Positions 17,264 through 26,292 of a DNA stretch of 48,458 bases are shown piece after piece. The stretch's first letter is position 1, and each line of letters starts with the position of its first letter. The position numbers and the translations under genes are program-made. The notes beneath the pieces were generated by a model. The model saw nothing but the letters and a program-made list of their open reading frames with translations. It was not told the DNA's origin and searched no databases. This DNA is from an uncultured Gammaproteobacteria bacterium (lineage in GTDB: Bacteria > Patescibacteriota > Microgenomatia > CAYXHB01), in NCBI GenBank assembly GCA_964444295.1, contig CAYUGO010000001.1, positions 1-48,458 of the forward strand, written 5' to 3'.

Positions 17264-19494
17264 AGAACAATAGACGGAGAAGACTGGTTAGGAGAAAATG
17301 ATTGCAATTCTTCAAGAGCTTGGACTGCGATTTCATTTTGAGGATCGAGCACCAATACATTTCGATACTCAATAATGGCTGAAGGAATTTGATTGATTTC
17401 TTTAAATGTTTGGGCTGCTGCCAGTCTGGCTTTGACTTGATCAGGATAGACAGTCATAGACCCCACTGCTAATTTGTGAGCAACATCAAGACGACGTTTG
17501 TCTTTCCATTGATCAATTAATTTTAGGAATTCATCTAGCACTATTGGTTTTTGGGTTGCAGCAAATCTGGAATCTGGGTGACCTGACTCGATAGAACTCC
17601 TGACTTGATCAAAATTGGTCTCTATCGGTTCTTGCAATTGAAGATAATCATTGAGGCTCCCTGCTACGTTAAGTTCTTGACGAGATTGGTCTCGATAACC
17701 AGCTCTAAGATAAATTACGCTATTAAACTGGTAAGTCCTGATTACATTACTTAAGAAATAAAGTCTCATCCTATCACTGCTAGGAATGGGAGTAGCCATA
17801 ACTGACTCTGATAAATTAAAGTCGCTATCTGGGAATTCACTTGGTTGTGTTCTTACTAATTCTCCATAGATGCCGTAAGGCACGTAATAAGTAAAGCCTT
17901 CGTTTATTCCTAAGAGATGATAATAGTATTCGGAAATTTCTACCGCGTAGACTGGTCTTTTATCGATGCTCCAGGTAATGTAGTCAAATGTTCTAAAGGG
18001 ATCGTCTGCGTAGAGGAAATTACGAAGATCAGGCTGAGCGGCAAGTTGTTTGGCAACTAAGGGATAAGCGCGAGGTAGAATAATCACATCAGGGCGGCGG
18101 CGATTTACGGATTGTTCATACATTAACGCAAAACAGCTGGTGTCAGTAAAACACGTGACTAGTGAGTTCGGCTTGACCTGGTCTAGAATCTTGGAATAAG
18201 TTTGGGAAACAAATCTGAAATTGCGGAGATTTGATAGCGGATACTGGAAATATATGGTAATAGTTTGGGAAATTATAATAATTGAAAAAATTACGATCGC
18301 AGTTTTGTAAACTTGAACATTGAGAACTTGAAGCCCAAGCTGAAGTCGATTAATAATAAAATTAAGTCCGAGGGAAAATGTTAAGGGCCAAAAAACATAA
18401 CCCATCAAGAGCAATCTTTGCGCGTTGGCTTGAGAGCCAAAATGATTTGGCCAACCAAGAATACCTGCAAAAAAAGGACCTGTTATTAGAACAGTTGTTA
18501 AATATACGATGAATAAGGGGATGTTTTTGCGTGCCATGACATAAAAACCAAATAGGGATGTGATAATCACAAAATATCCAAATTGATTGGCAATTTCTGT
18601 CAAATATTTAGGGAGGAATTTAAAAATTGCTTCCATATTAATCTGAGGCAAATACCCATTAATAACCTGTCCTGTTTCGGGGATGACCCCACTAAACTCA
18701 GATCTGACAACATGCCTTAGGAAACCTGAAAATGTAGGATCGAAGTTCCAAGAAAAAAATGCATTTTGAGTATTTTGAAAGAATAAAATTAGATAGCTAA
18801 ATGAAATTGTTAGAAATGAAATCAAAATAAGCTGTACCCAATAGCGAAATTTAATTTGTTTGAAGTTTAAAATAACTGCTAACAATAATAAGGGGCTAAT
18901 TAAAACAATTGTGTGGTGGTGGCTGAGTGATAAACCAAGAAGAACTGCATTAACTATCCAAAATCTTAATGAAGTTGGTTTATATATGATGCTAATTAGA
19001 CTTCTATATATTAAAGCAGTTGTTAATAACACGTGGAGCGCAAATACTTCGGTGATTGTACCGTATAACCAAAATAATTGAGTTATTCCAATAGCAACGA
19101 CTGAAATAAATGAGGTTACTTTATGCGCAGTTGACTTATTTAATAAGTTGGATGTGTCGAAATATTTAAGTAAATGTCTTATTGCTTTATAAATTAAAAC
19201 AAGTGTGGTGATGGAAAAAATTGTACTTAATAAATGACCTTTGAATGCAATTGATCCTGCTATAGGCAACTTAATCCACAAACTTAAAATAAGCATATAC
19301 AAAGGATAACCAGGTGGATGAGCGACTCCGTTTTGGTATGCAACTGCAAGAAATTGATCTGAATCAGAATAGCCAACGTTTACCTGGGCGATTGTTGTGA
19401 TGTAGAGAATGGAGAAAACGATTATTATAAGCGTCACCCAAAAGTTATCTTTATTTATGAGGCGGTTTATCATATTGAACAGCAGTATATACAA
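17260..19494 (-). CDS. DUF2723-family (TMEM260-like) GT-C membrane glycosyltransferase with a C-terminal TPR-like domain (tandem paralog)
   Basis: Motif GYSDSDQFLAVAYQNGVAHPPGYPLY, polytopic TM core, C-terminal TPR-like region (AAAQTFKEINQIPSAIIEYRNVLVLDPQN). An alternative start lies at 19473 (MINRL...). Confidence 0.7.
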   Translation of the reverse strand: MYILLFNMINRLINKDNFWVTLIIIVFSILYITTIAQVNVGYSDSDQFLAVAYQNGVAHPPGYPLYMLILSLWIKLPIAGSIAFKGHLLSTIFSITTLVLIYKAIRHLLKYFDTSNLLNKSTAHKVTSFISVVAIGITQLFWLYGTITEVFALHVLLTTALIYRSLISIIYKPTSLRFWIVNAVLLGLSLSHHHTIVLISPLLLLAVILNFKQIKFRYWVQLILISFLTISFSYLILFFQNTQNAFFSWNFDPTFSGFLRHVVRSEFSGVIPETGQVINGYLPQINMEAIFKFLPKYLTEIANQFGYFVIITSLFGFYVMARKNIPLFIVYLTTVLITGPFFAGILGWPNHFGSQANAQRLLLMGYVFWPLTFSLGLNFIINRLQLGLQVLNVQVYKTAIVIFSIIIISQTITIYFQYPLSNLRNFRFVSQTYSKILDQVKPNSLVTCFTDTSCFALMYEQSVNRRRPDVIILPRAYPLVAKQLAAQPDLRNFLYADDPFRTFDYITWSIDKRPVYAVEISEYYYHLLGINEGFTYYVPYGIYGELVRTQPSEFPDSDFNLSESVMATPIPSSDRMRLYFLSNVIRTYQFNSVIYLRAGYRDQSRQELNVAGSLNDYLQLQEPIETNFDQVRSSIESGHPDSRFAATQKPIVLDEFLKLIDQWKDKRRLDVAHKLAVGSMTVYPDQVKARLAAAQTFKEINQIPSAIIEYRNVLVLDPQNEIAVQALEELQSFSPNQSSPSIVL

Positions 19495-19540
19495 TCAGTT
19501 TAAGTTTACCAAATTATTTTGGCTTATATATAATCAACTT

Positions 19541-21562
19541 CTACGTAGGTTTGATAATAATTGCTGTTCTTGAAGGCAGATAAATTTTGACGCTGCCTGG
19601 CTGATTATGAAATTGACCTTCTACATACGGGTAACCATTGGAAGTATCAATACGTCCAAATCCTCCTAATTTCAAATCGTCAGTGTTAAATATAATCTCA
19701 TATTGACTGGCCGATGGAACTCCAATCTGATAGTCAGGGTATGATTGGTTTGGATGAAGATTGACGATCAACACATGTTCATTTTTTTGAGCGATGAGAC
19801 ATTTGTGAGCTTCGTGTATGTAAAGTAAGTTGGGAAATTCTTGAGAAAGAATTTGAAAATTAATATCGAGATTCATAAGCTGTTGATCAAAATTATTGAG
19901 ATATTGATAACGGAGTTGAGGGTTATCAACCAAAGACCATTGGCGTCTGGCGTAGTGATATGAGTAATTATTACCTGCCCGAGGGAAGTCCACCCATTCG
20001 GGATGACCAAACTCATTGCCAATGAAATTAAGCCAGGATTCTCCACCGAGGAAGTATGTCATTACACGGATAATTTTGTGCAGGGCAATTCCTCTGTCTA
20101 TAACAATATCTTTGGTATCAATATCCATGTTGTGATACATATGTGAGTCCATCAACCAAAAAGCAATCGTTTTATCCCCGACTAATGACTGATCATGCGA
20201 CTCAACATAGGCAATATGCGATTCATGTCTACGGCGGTTAGTAAGCATTTGGTATATATCCTCTATGGACCAGTGATCATCCACTTTATCGCGTAATAAT
20301 TTTATCCAGTAATCAGGAATTCCCATAGCCAAACGATAGTCAAACCCAAGTCCGCATTCTTGCACAGGGCGGGCTAACCCGGGTATCCCTGAAACTTCTT
20401 CAGCAATTGTGATTGCAGGCTTGGTATGAGCAACTTCATTTGCTAGTTGAAGATAAGCAACGGCATCTTTATCGACATTGTTATTAAAGTAATCATCATA
20501 ACTAGCAAACGATCTATGTCCATGATCGAAGTAAATCATACTTGTAACACCATCGAATCTTAGACCATCAAAACGGAACTCCTCCTGCCAATATCTAACA
20601 TTACTAAGAAGGAAACGGAGAACTTCGAGCTGTCCATAATCGAAAAGCCGAGTATCCCAGTCAGGGTGAAGCCCTTTGGCTCCTGCATGGAAATATTGAC
20701 CCTCTGTCCCGTCAAAGTTATTTAGACCTTCATCATAGTTTTTTACTGAATGAGAATGAACAATATCTAATAAGACGGAAATTCCTAAATTATGACAAGC
20801 ATCAATTAGCTGCTTAAGATCATCTGGGGATCCAAAGTAATTACTGACAGCAAAAAAATTACTGACTTGATATCCAAAGCTTCCATAGTAAGGATGGTGC
20901 ATGACTGCCATGAGTTGAATGGCGTTATAACCTTGGTTATGAATACGGGGCAAAATTAGCTGAGTAAATTCGTGGAAAGAACCAACCTTACCTTCTTCTT
21001 GTGCCATTCCAATGTGTGCTTCATAAATACGGAGCGATTTGGGGACAGATGGTGATTGATGTTGCCATTGATAAGGTGTGTCAGGAGAGAAATGTTGACC
21101 GGTGAAACTGCCATCAGGGAGTTTGGATATGCTTTTGATATAAGCTGGGATACGATCACGAGCTTCGGATTGGGTGAGGACATGAACCTTAAGATGACTT
21201 AGATGTTGAAGAACTGATCCTTGGTCTGTATCAGGGAGAAAAATACTCCAAACTCCATTTGAGTCCCGTAACAATGGATGGCTTGATCTGTCCCATTGAT
21301 TAAAATCACCAATTAAATTTAGTTGCATGGCACCCGGGGCCCATTCTCGATACCACCAGCCTGATCGGTCTTGAGATTGTCCGCGATTAAAACCAAGATA
21401 CTCATGTCCATGACTGGCATTTTCGATTGATCCGTAAGCTTTGATTAGTCGGCTACGAACCCAGCCGTAATGATTGTTACGATCTTCAAGATTCTGTTTA
21501 TATGGTTCTAGCCAAGGATCCAGCTGAATTAATTTCCCGGGATGATACATAATTGTCATCAT
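19541..21562 (-). CDS. glgB: 1,4-alpha-glucan branching enzyme, eukaryote-like type (GH13 subfamily 8-like)
   Basis: N-terminus LDPWLEPYK...WYREWAPGA...GDFNQWD resembles GBE1-type enzymes. GH13 regions DIVHSH, DGLRFDGVTSMIY, IAEEVSG, YVESHDQ and GNEFGHPEW are all present. Confidence 0.88.
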   Translation of the reverse strand: MMTIMYHPGKLIQLDPWLEPYKQNLEDRNNHYGWVRSRLIKAYGSIENASHGHEYLGFNRGQSQDRSGWWYREWAPGAMQLNLIGDFNQWDRSSHPLLRDSNGVWSIFLPDTDQGSVLQHLSHLKVHVLTQSEARDRIPAYIKSISKLPDGSFTGQHFSPDTPYQWQHQSPSVPKSLRIYEAHIGMAQEEGKVGSFHEFTQLILPRIHNQGYNAIQLMAVMHHPYYGSFGYQVSNFFAVSNYFGSPDDLKQLIDACHNLGISVLLDIVHSHSVKNYDEGLNNFDGTEGQYFHAGAKGLHPDWDTRLFDYGQLEVLRFLLSNVRYWQEEFRFDGLRFDGVTSMIYFDHGHRSFASYDDYFNNNVDKDAVAYLQLANEVAHTKPAITIAEEVSGIPGLARPVQECGLGFDYRLAMGIPDYWIKLLRDKVDDHWSIEDIYQMLTNRRRHESHIAYVESHDQSLVGDKTIAFWLMDSHMYHNMDIDTKDIVIDRGIALHKIIRVMTYFLGGESWLNFIGNEFGHPEWVDFPRAGNNYSYHYARRQWSLVDNPQLRYQYLNNFDQQLMNLDINFQILSQEFPNLLYIHEAHKCLIAQKNEHVLIVNLHPNQSYPDYQIGVPSASQYEIIFNTDDLKLGGFGRIDTSNGYPYVEGQFHNQPGSVKIYLPSRTAIIIKPT

Positions 21563-21627
21563 ACCTGATTTGAGCTGTTTAGTTGAATACGGTATGTAAG
21601 AATTGAAAAATCATGTAATCTTAATTA

Positions 21628-22908
21628 ATGAACAAATGTTGGTTAAGTGATGGGTGGATATATCAAGTATTTTGTGGAAGATGGGAAGGTTTGGATGAAG
21701 ACAAATCTTTTTGGGAAAATTTAAATGAGCTAGATTGGGATAAATTAATAAGTTTGGGGATGAAAACGGTATATTTACTTGGGGTTTGGGAGAATGAAGG
21801 ACCTATCATTGTAGACGAAGAAGAAGGTCAAAATCTGGAAGGGAAAAATGGACGAGTTCCATCAATGATGGCGATTTCAAACCATGCTAAGCCAAGTGGA
21901 ATATTTGGGTCCGTAGATGAACTGAAAATGTTGATATCAACGCTACATGCCAAAGGGGTAAGAATAATTGCTGATTTTGTACCCAATCATACTTCTACCG
22001 CTCATCCTTGGATTCAAACGCATCCTGAGTATTATCTGAAAGAAAGGAATGAGTTTATATATGAATTTAGTGGAGACGTAGTGAAACTAGATTATGGAAA
22101 TAATGATTTACGAAGTGAAATGAGTAATGTCGTAGAAAAAATATATGAGCTGGGATTTGATGGAGTTCGTTGTGACATGGCTCATTTAATTCCAAATGAC
22201 TTTTGGAGTAAGTTGATAAAAAATATGAAAAGTATAAACGATGATTTTGTATTTCTGGCTGAGTGCTATGGAGATACGCCGTTTGATCAAAAGAATATTA
22301 ATACATTGATTGAGTCGGGTTTTGACGGAACTTATGATCATGTTTTTTATGGTAATTTGGCACGCGTAGTTATTGACGGACATTCAAGTTGGGAGATAGC
22401 TAATCACTTAAATTATTTAAAAACTGAAACTGATCGTGAGAAAATTCGTGTTCATTATGCAGGCAATCATGATGATCCGCCATTGAACAATCGACATCAT
22501 GACGAGAGTCTGGGAGAAAAAGTTAATAAATATAGACAAGCTTTAGTCTGCTTAGTGCTTCTTGGGGGTGGGGTTGGTTTGTTTGCCAATGGATTCCTTA
22601 GAGGTATGAATCGAAGGCTAAACCATCACTCAATTGATATGCTGAGTAAAGATAGCAATGAATTACTAAGCGAAATTGGCAATGATTTAAAAGAAAAAAT
22701 CCAGTTATGTAATTTGGTTAGAGGTAAAATTAATAGTTGGGAGGTTGATCAAGAATTATTAATTGGGAAAGATGAAAATGATATTACGAAAGTAATAATC
22801 AATCTGACACCAAATCAATGTCAAATTCCCAGCTTTTTGACATTTGCGTCACATATTAGAAATGAAGAAGATAGTATTGTCCCAGGACAGGTAGAAATTT
22901 ATATTTGA
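21628..22908 (+). CDS. GH13 alpha-amylase-family glycoside hydrolase/transferase (specificity unknown)
   Basis: Conserved regions I DFVPNHTS, II GFDGVRCDMAHL, III FLAECY and IV YAGNHDD. The full catalytic Asp/Glu/Asp set appears present. No signal peptide. Confidence 0.8.
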   Translation: MNKCWLSDGWIYQVFCGRWEGLDEDKSFWENLNELDWDKLISLGMKTVYLLGVWENEGPIIVDEEEGQNLEGKNGRVPSMMAISNHAKPSGIFGSVDELKMLISTLHAKGVRIIADFVPNHTSTAHPWIQTHPEYYLKERNEFIYEFSGDVVKLDYGNNDLRSEMSNVVEKIYELGFDGVRCDMAHLIPNDFWSKLIKNMKSINDDFVFLAECYGDTPFDQKNINTLIESGFDGTYDHVFYGNLARVVIDGHSSWEIANHLNYLKTETDREKIRVHYAGNHDDPPLNNRHHDESLGEKVNKYRQALVCLVLLGGGVGLFANGFLRGMNRRLNHHSIDMLSKDSNELLSEIGNDLKEKIQLCNLVRGKINSWEVDQELLIGKDENDITKVIINLTPNQCQIPSFLTFASHIRNEEDSIVPGQVEIYI

Positions 22909-23130
22909 TTAACTTAAATATCAAACTTATTGCGTCAAATGTGGATCTATTTAGTTTTGAAATTTTTTGCCTTTTGACTTTAGTTGTACGGGGTTCTACT
23001 ATGATATTTGCATACAATTTTGCCTCAGATGCGAGGTAAATTGGAATGTGCATTAAAAATACCAAATATACTGAAAATAATAATTAGTGATTTTCTACAC
23101 AAAAAAAATATTTAATAGAACTTAACAAAA

Positions 23131-24354
23131 ATGACTCTGCCAAAAGTGCTCATGTTCGGGTGGGAATTACCACCGCATAACAGCGGAGGTCTAGGAGTGG
23201 CATGCTACGGACTGACGAAGGGATTAAGTGATTTGGGCGCAAAAATTACATTTATTTTGCCCAAAAAACTTGAGGTAAATGCTCCATTTATGGAAGTAAA
23301 ATTTGATCGATTACCCTTGGTCAATGCGGTAGCAGTAAATTCTTTGCTCCAAGCTTATATGACGGCTTGGGGGTATCGAAAAATAATTGTTAATGGCAAA
23401 GAACTGGATCTAACGACAATGGGAGATACTATATATGAGGAAGCTATTAGGTTTGGAAACGTAGCATCACAATGGGCAAGTCATCTAGATCATGATTTAA
23501 TCCACGTCCATGATTGGATGACATATCCTGCGGGGAGAGCGGCTTCGAGTGTCAGCGGGAATCCTTGGGTGGCACATGTCCATGCAACTGAGTATGATCG
23601 AGCTGGTGACCGGCCTGACACTAGGATTGCTCAGATCGAGTATGAGGGATTAAACAATGCGGATCGTGTAATATGTGTAAGTGATTTGACCAAGCGTACA
23701 GTGATGCGCAAGTACGGGATAAAAGGAGATAAGATTGATATTGTATATAACGGAGTCTCAATGGATGATTTCCCCCGAGTTGACACACACGATCTGTTGC
23801 CTAATTCAAAAGTAGTATTGTTTTTGGGGAGGCTGACGATGCAGAAGGGTTTGGAGTATTTTTTGCAGGCTGCGAAACGAGTGCTTGAGTATGAACCAAA
23901 GGCTGTGTTTGTGATAGCAGGCTCGGGAGATCTAGAACAACAGCTAATTTTGCAGGCAAGTTTGTTAGGGATCGGCGATAAGGTTATCTTTACTGGTTTT
24001 ATAAGAAATCCATTGCAAAGAGCAAGTTTGTTTCAGAGGGCTGATGTATTTGTCATGCCTTCAGTCTCAGAACCATTCGGGCTTGTCGCACTAGAAGCTT
24101 TGGCTAATCAAAAACCTGTGATCATGTCGTATGAGTCGGGAGTGGCTGAAGTAATTAAACATGCACTCAAGGCTCATTTTTGGGACACTAATGAACTGGC
24201 CAATATGATGGTCAGTGTGTTGCGACATAAGGAATTAGGTAACGAACTAGCCAGTGGTGGTTATCGAGAAATGCAAAAACTATCTTGGAACGAGGCCGCA
24301 AATCGAACTATGGATGTTTATAATAAGTTAGTGATAAGAAATGGAGTTTATTAA
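23131..24354 (+). CDS. GT4/GT-B glycosyltransferase, glycogen-synthase-like
   Basis: N-terminus GWELPPHNSGGLGVACYGL (synthase-like GGLG loop), HVHDWM, and C-terminal MPSVSEPFGLVALEA (E-x7-E). Sits immediately upstream of the GH57 gene. Confidence 0.72.
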   Translation: MTLPKVLMFGWELPPHNSGGLGVACYGLTKGLSDLGAKITFILPKKLEVNAPFMEVKFDRLPLVNAVAVNSLLQAYMTAWGYRKIIVNGKELDLTTMGDTIYEEAIRFGNVASQWASHLDHDLIHVHDWMTYPAGRAASSVSGNPWVAHVHATEYDRAGDRPDTRIAQIEYEGLNNADRVICVSDLTKRTVMRKYGIKGDKIDIVYNGVSMDDFPRVDTHDLLPNSKVVLFLGRLTMQKGLEYFLQAAKRVLEYEPKAVFVIAGSGDLEQQLILQASLLGIGDKVIFTGFIRNPLQRASLFQRADVFVMPSVSEPFGLVALEALANQKPVIMSYESGVAEVIKHALKAHFWDTNELANMMVSVLRHKELGNELASGGYREMQKLSWNEAANRTMDVYNKLVIRNGVY

Positions 24355-24356
24355 AT

Positions 24357-25568
24357 ATGGCTAGCGTGTGTTTTTATTTTCAAATCCATCAACCATTTAG
24401 ATTAAAACCTTATCAGGTTTTTCATATCGGTAAAGATCATAAGTATTTTGGTGATGAAGAAAATACGGATAACGATAACAAAACAATTTTGCAAAAAGTT
24501 GCTAAAAATAGTTATTTACCAGGGCTGAAATTAATTAAAAAAATGCTTGAAGACCATGAAGAATTTAAGGTCAGTTTTTCGATTAGCGGAATGGCAATTG
24601 AACAATTTGAGCAATACGCACCAGAGGTAATTGAGGTGTTAAAAGACATAGCTAGTAATCCAAGAGTAGAATTTTTGGCTGAAACTTATTATCACAGCTT
24701 GGCTTCTGTATATAGTGAAACGGAGTTTGCTAGCCAAGTAAAGATTCATCATGAGAAAATAAAATCTTTGTTTGGATATTCTCCAACAGCATTGAGAAAC
24801 ACAGAATTAATATATGATAATAAATTGGCGGCAGTGGCTGAACAAATGGGATATGAAGTAATTTTGGCGGAAGGAGCTGATGAAATTTTGCAGTGGCGGT
24901 CACCAAATTTTGTGTACGCTCCTATAGGTACCCAAAATGTTAAGTTAATGCTAAAAAACTACAGGCTTTCAGATGACATTGCTTTTAGATTTTCGGATCG
25001 CAATTGGGAAGGGTGGCCTTTAACAGCTGAGAAATATGCGAATTGGTTGGCCGATGTAAATGGAAATGGTTATGTAATTAATTTGTTTTTGGATTTTGAA
25101 ACATTGGGCGAACATCATGGCGACGGGAGTGGAATTTTTGATTTTTTCCGTCATTTACCAAAAGCGGTTTTAGAACATCAAGATATGGATTTTGTGACGG
25201 TGAGTGAAGCTGCACGGAAATACCCACCTGTCGATTTGGTAGATGTTGTTAATCCAATTTCTTGGGCAGATACGAAAAGAGATTTGTCAGCGTGGACTGA
25301 AAATGCAATGCAAAGAAATGCAATAAAATCGTTGTATGAAATTGAGGAACAGGTTATGAATAGCGGTGAAATTGAACTAATACATGACTGGAGAAGATTG
25401 CAGACTAGTGATCATTTTTACTACATGAGTACCAAGTTATTTGGAGATGGTGAAGTGCATGCTTATTTTAGCCCATATGAATCTCCGTATAATGCCTTTA
25501 CAAACTATATGAATGTGCTTCATGATATTACTTATAGATTAAATAATTTGATTAGTAACGAATCTTAG
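24357..25568 (+). CDS. GH57-family glycoside hydrolase (alpha-amylase / glucan-processing enzyme)
   Basis: GH57 region I CFYFQIHQPFRL. Candidate nucleophile region RNTELIYD. Region IV-like LDFETLGEHHG (D-x-E-x-x-G). Confidence 0.78.
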   Translation: MASVCFYFQIHQPFRLKPYQVFHIGKDHKYFGDEENTDNDNKTILQKVAKNSYLPGLKLIKKMLEDHEEFKVSFSISGMAIEQFEQYAPEVIEVLKDIASNPRVEFLAETYYHSLASVYSETEFASQVKIHHEKIKSLFGYSPTALRNTELIYDNKLAAVAEQMGYEVILAEGADEILQWRSPNFVYAPIGTQNVKLMLKNYRLSDDIAFRFSDRNWEGWPLTAEKYANWLADVNGNGYVINLFLDFETLGEHHGDGSGIFDFFRHLPKAVLEHQDMDFVTVSEAARKYPPVDLVDVVNPISWADTKRDLSAWTENAMQRNAIKSLYEIEEQVMNSGEIELIHDWRRLQTSDHFYYMSTKLFGDGEVHAYFSPYESPYNAFTNYMNVLHDITYRLNNLISNES

Positions 25569-25572
25569 AAAT

Positions 25573-26214
25573 ATGCTTAATATTCTTGAATATTTGTATA
25601 GTGAACCAAAGTGGCAAGCGAAATTAACTGATGAATCTAAGTTTTTTGTGTGCCAAGATGGAACAAAAATTGATAGTCTAATTGGACTGAGGGAAATGCT
25701 GATGTCGATGTCAGATGAAACATTAGGGACGATGGTAAGTGATGAATACAACTATTTGGCATCTTGGGTTGCAGATGCTATCGGTGATTCGACATTGGCA
25801 GCAGAGCTACAGTCGAGAACCGCACGATGGGAATTATTGAGTGCACTTGAGAGTCATATGATACGGAACTTGGCGTTGCCGAGTTATCTAGGATCACGGT
25901 GGCTCAGAAGTGCAAATAATGCGTTTGTAATTAATGATCAAGTTAGCATCACTAACTTGATTGAAGCAAAAGAGATGTTAGAGAGAGACGGGAACAATGA
26001 GTTATATGCCAATATTAAGCACAACAAACATGATTTTGTAAATTGGGTGAGATATTCCGTGGGTGACTATATATTGGCTGATATGATTGAGGAAACCGAA
26101 AACATCGAAAAAAATAACTCATTAATTATTGATCATATACAAATGTTGGTTTTGGCTGAAAAATCAGCACATGAATCATGTGGCTGTGGGAATTGTGATA
26201 CTTGTGGGAAATAG
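25573..26214 (+). CDS. Hypothetical protein: two tandem copies of a roughly 60-aa module plus a C-terminal CxCxxCxxC knuckle
   Basis: Internal repeat FFVCQDGTKIDSLIGLREMLMSMSDE...YLASWVADAIGDSTLAAEL versus AFVINDQVSITNLIEAKEMLERDGNNE...FVNWVRYSVGDYILADMI. The C-terminus is HESCGCGNCDTCGK. Starts 4 nt after the GH57 stop. Confidence 0.5.
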   Translation: MLNILEYLYSEPKWQAKLTDESKFFVCQDGTKIDSLIGLREMLMSMSDETLGTMVSDEYNYLASWVADAIGDSTLAAELQSRTARWELLSALESHMIRNLALPSYLGSRWLRSANNAFVINDQVSITNLIEAKEMLERDGNNELYANIKHNKHDFVNWVRYSVGDYILADMIEETENIEKNNSLIIDHIQMLVLAEKSAHESCGCGNCDTCGK

Positions 26215-26292
26215 TAAAAATGTGGCAAGAGAAAAATTTGCAGTGGCGTAAAGAGTAGAGGAAATCGTAAATCACAAAAGATGTTTTAAATA

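Noticed and set aside
22856-23065. A 69-aa minus-strand ORF spans the GH13 3' end and the long intergenic region.
   Set aside because: It overlaps the GH13 stop region, has no motifs and has no plausible promoter or start context. It is probably spurious. The region was examined for RNA structure instead.
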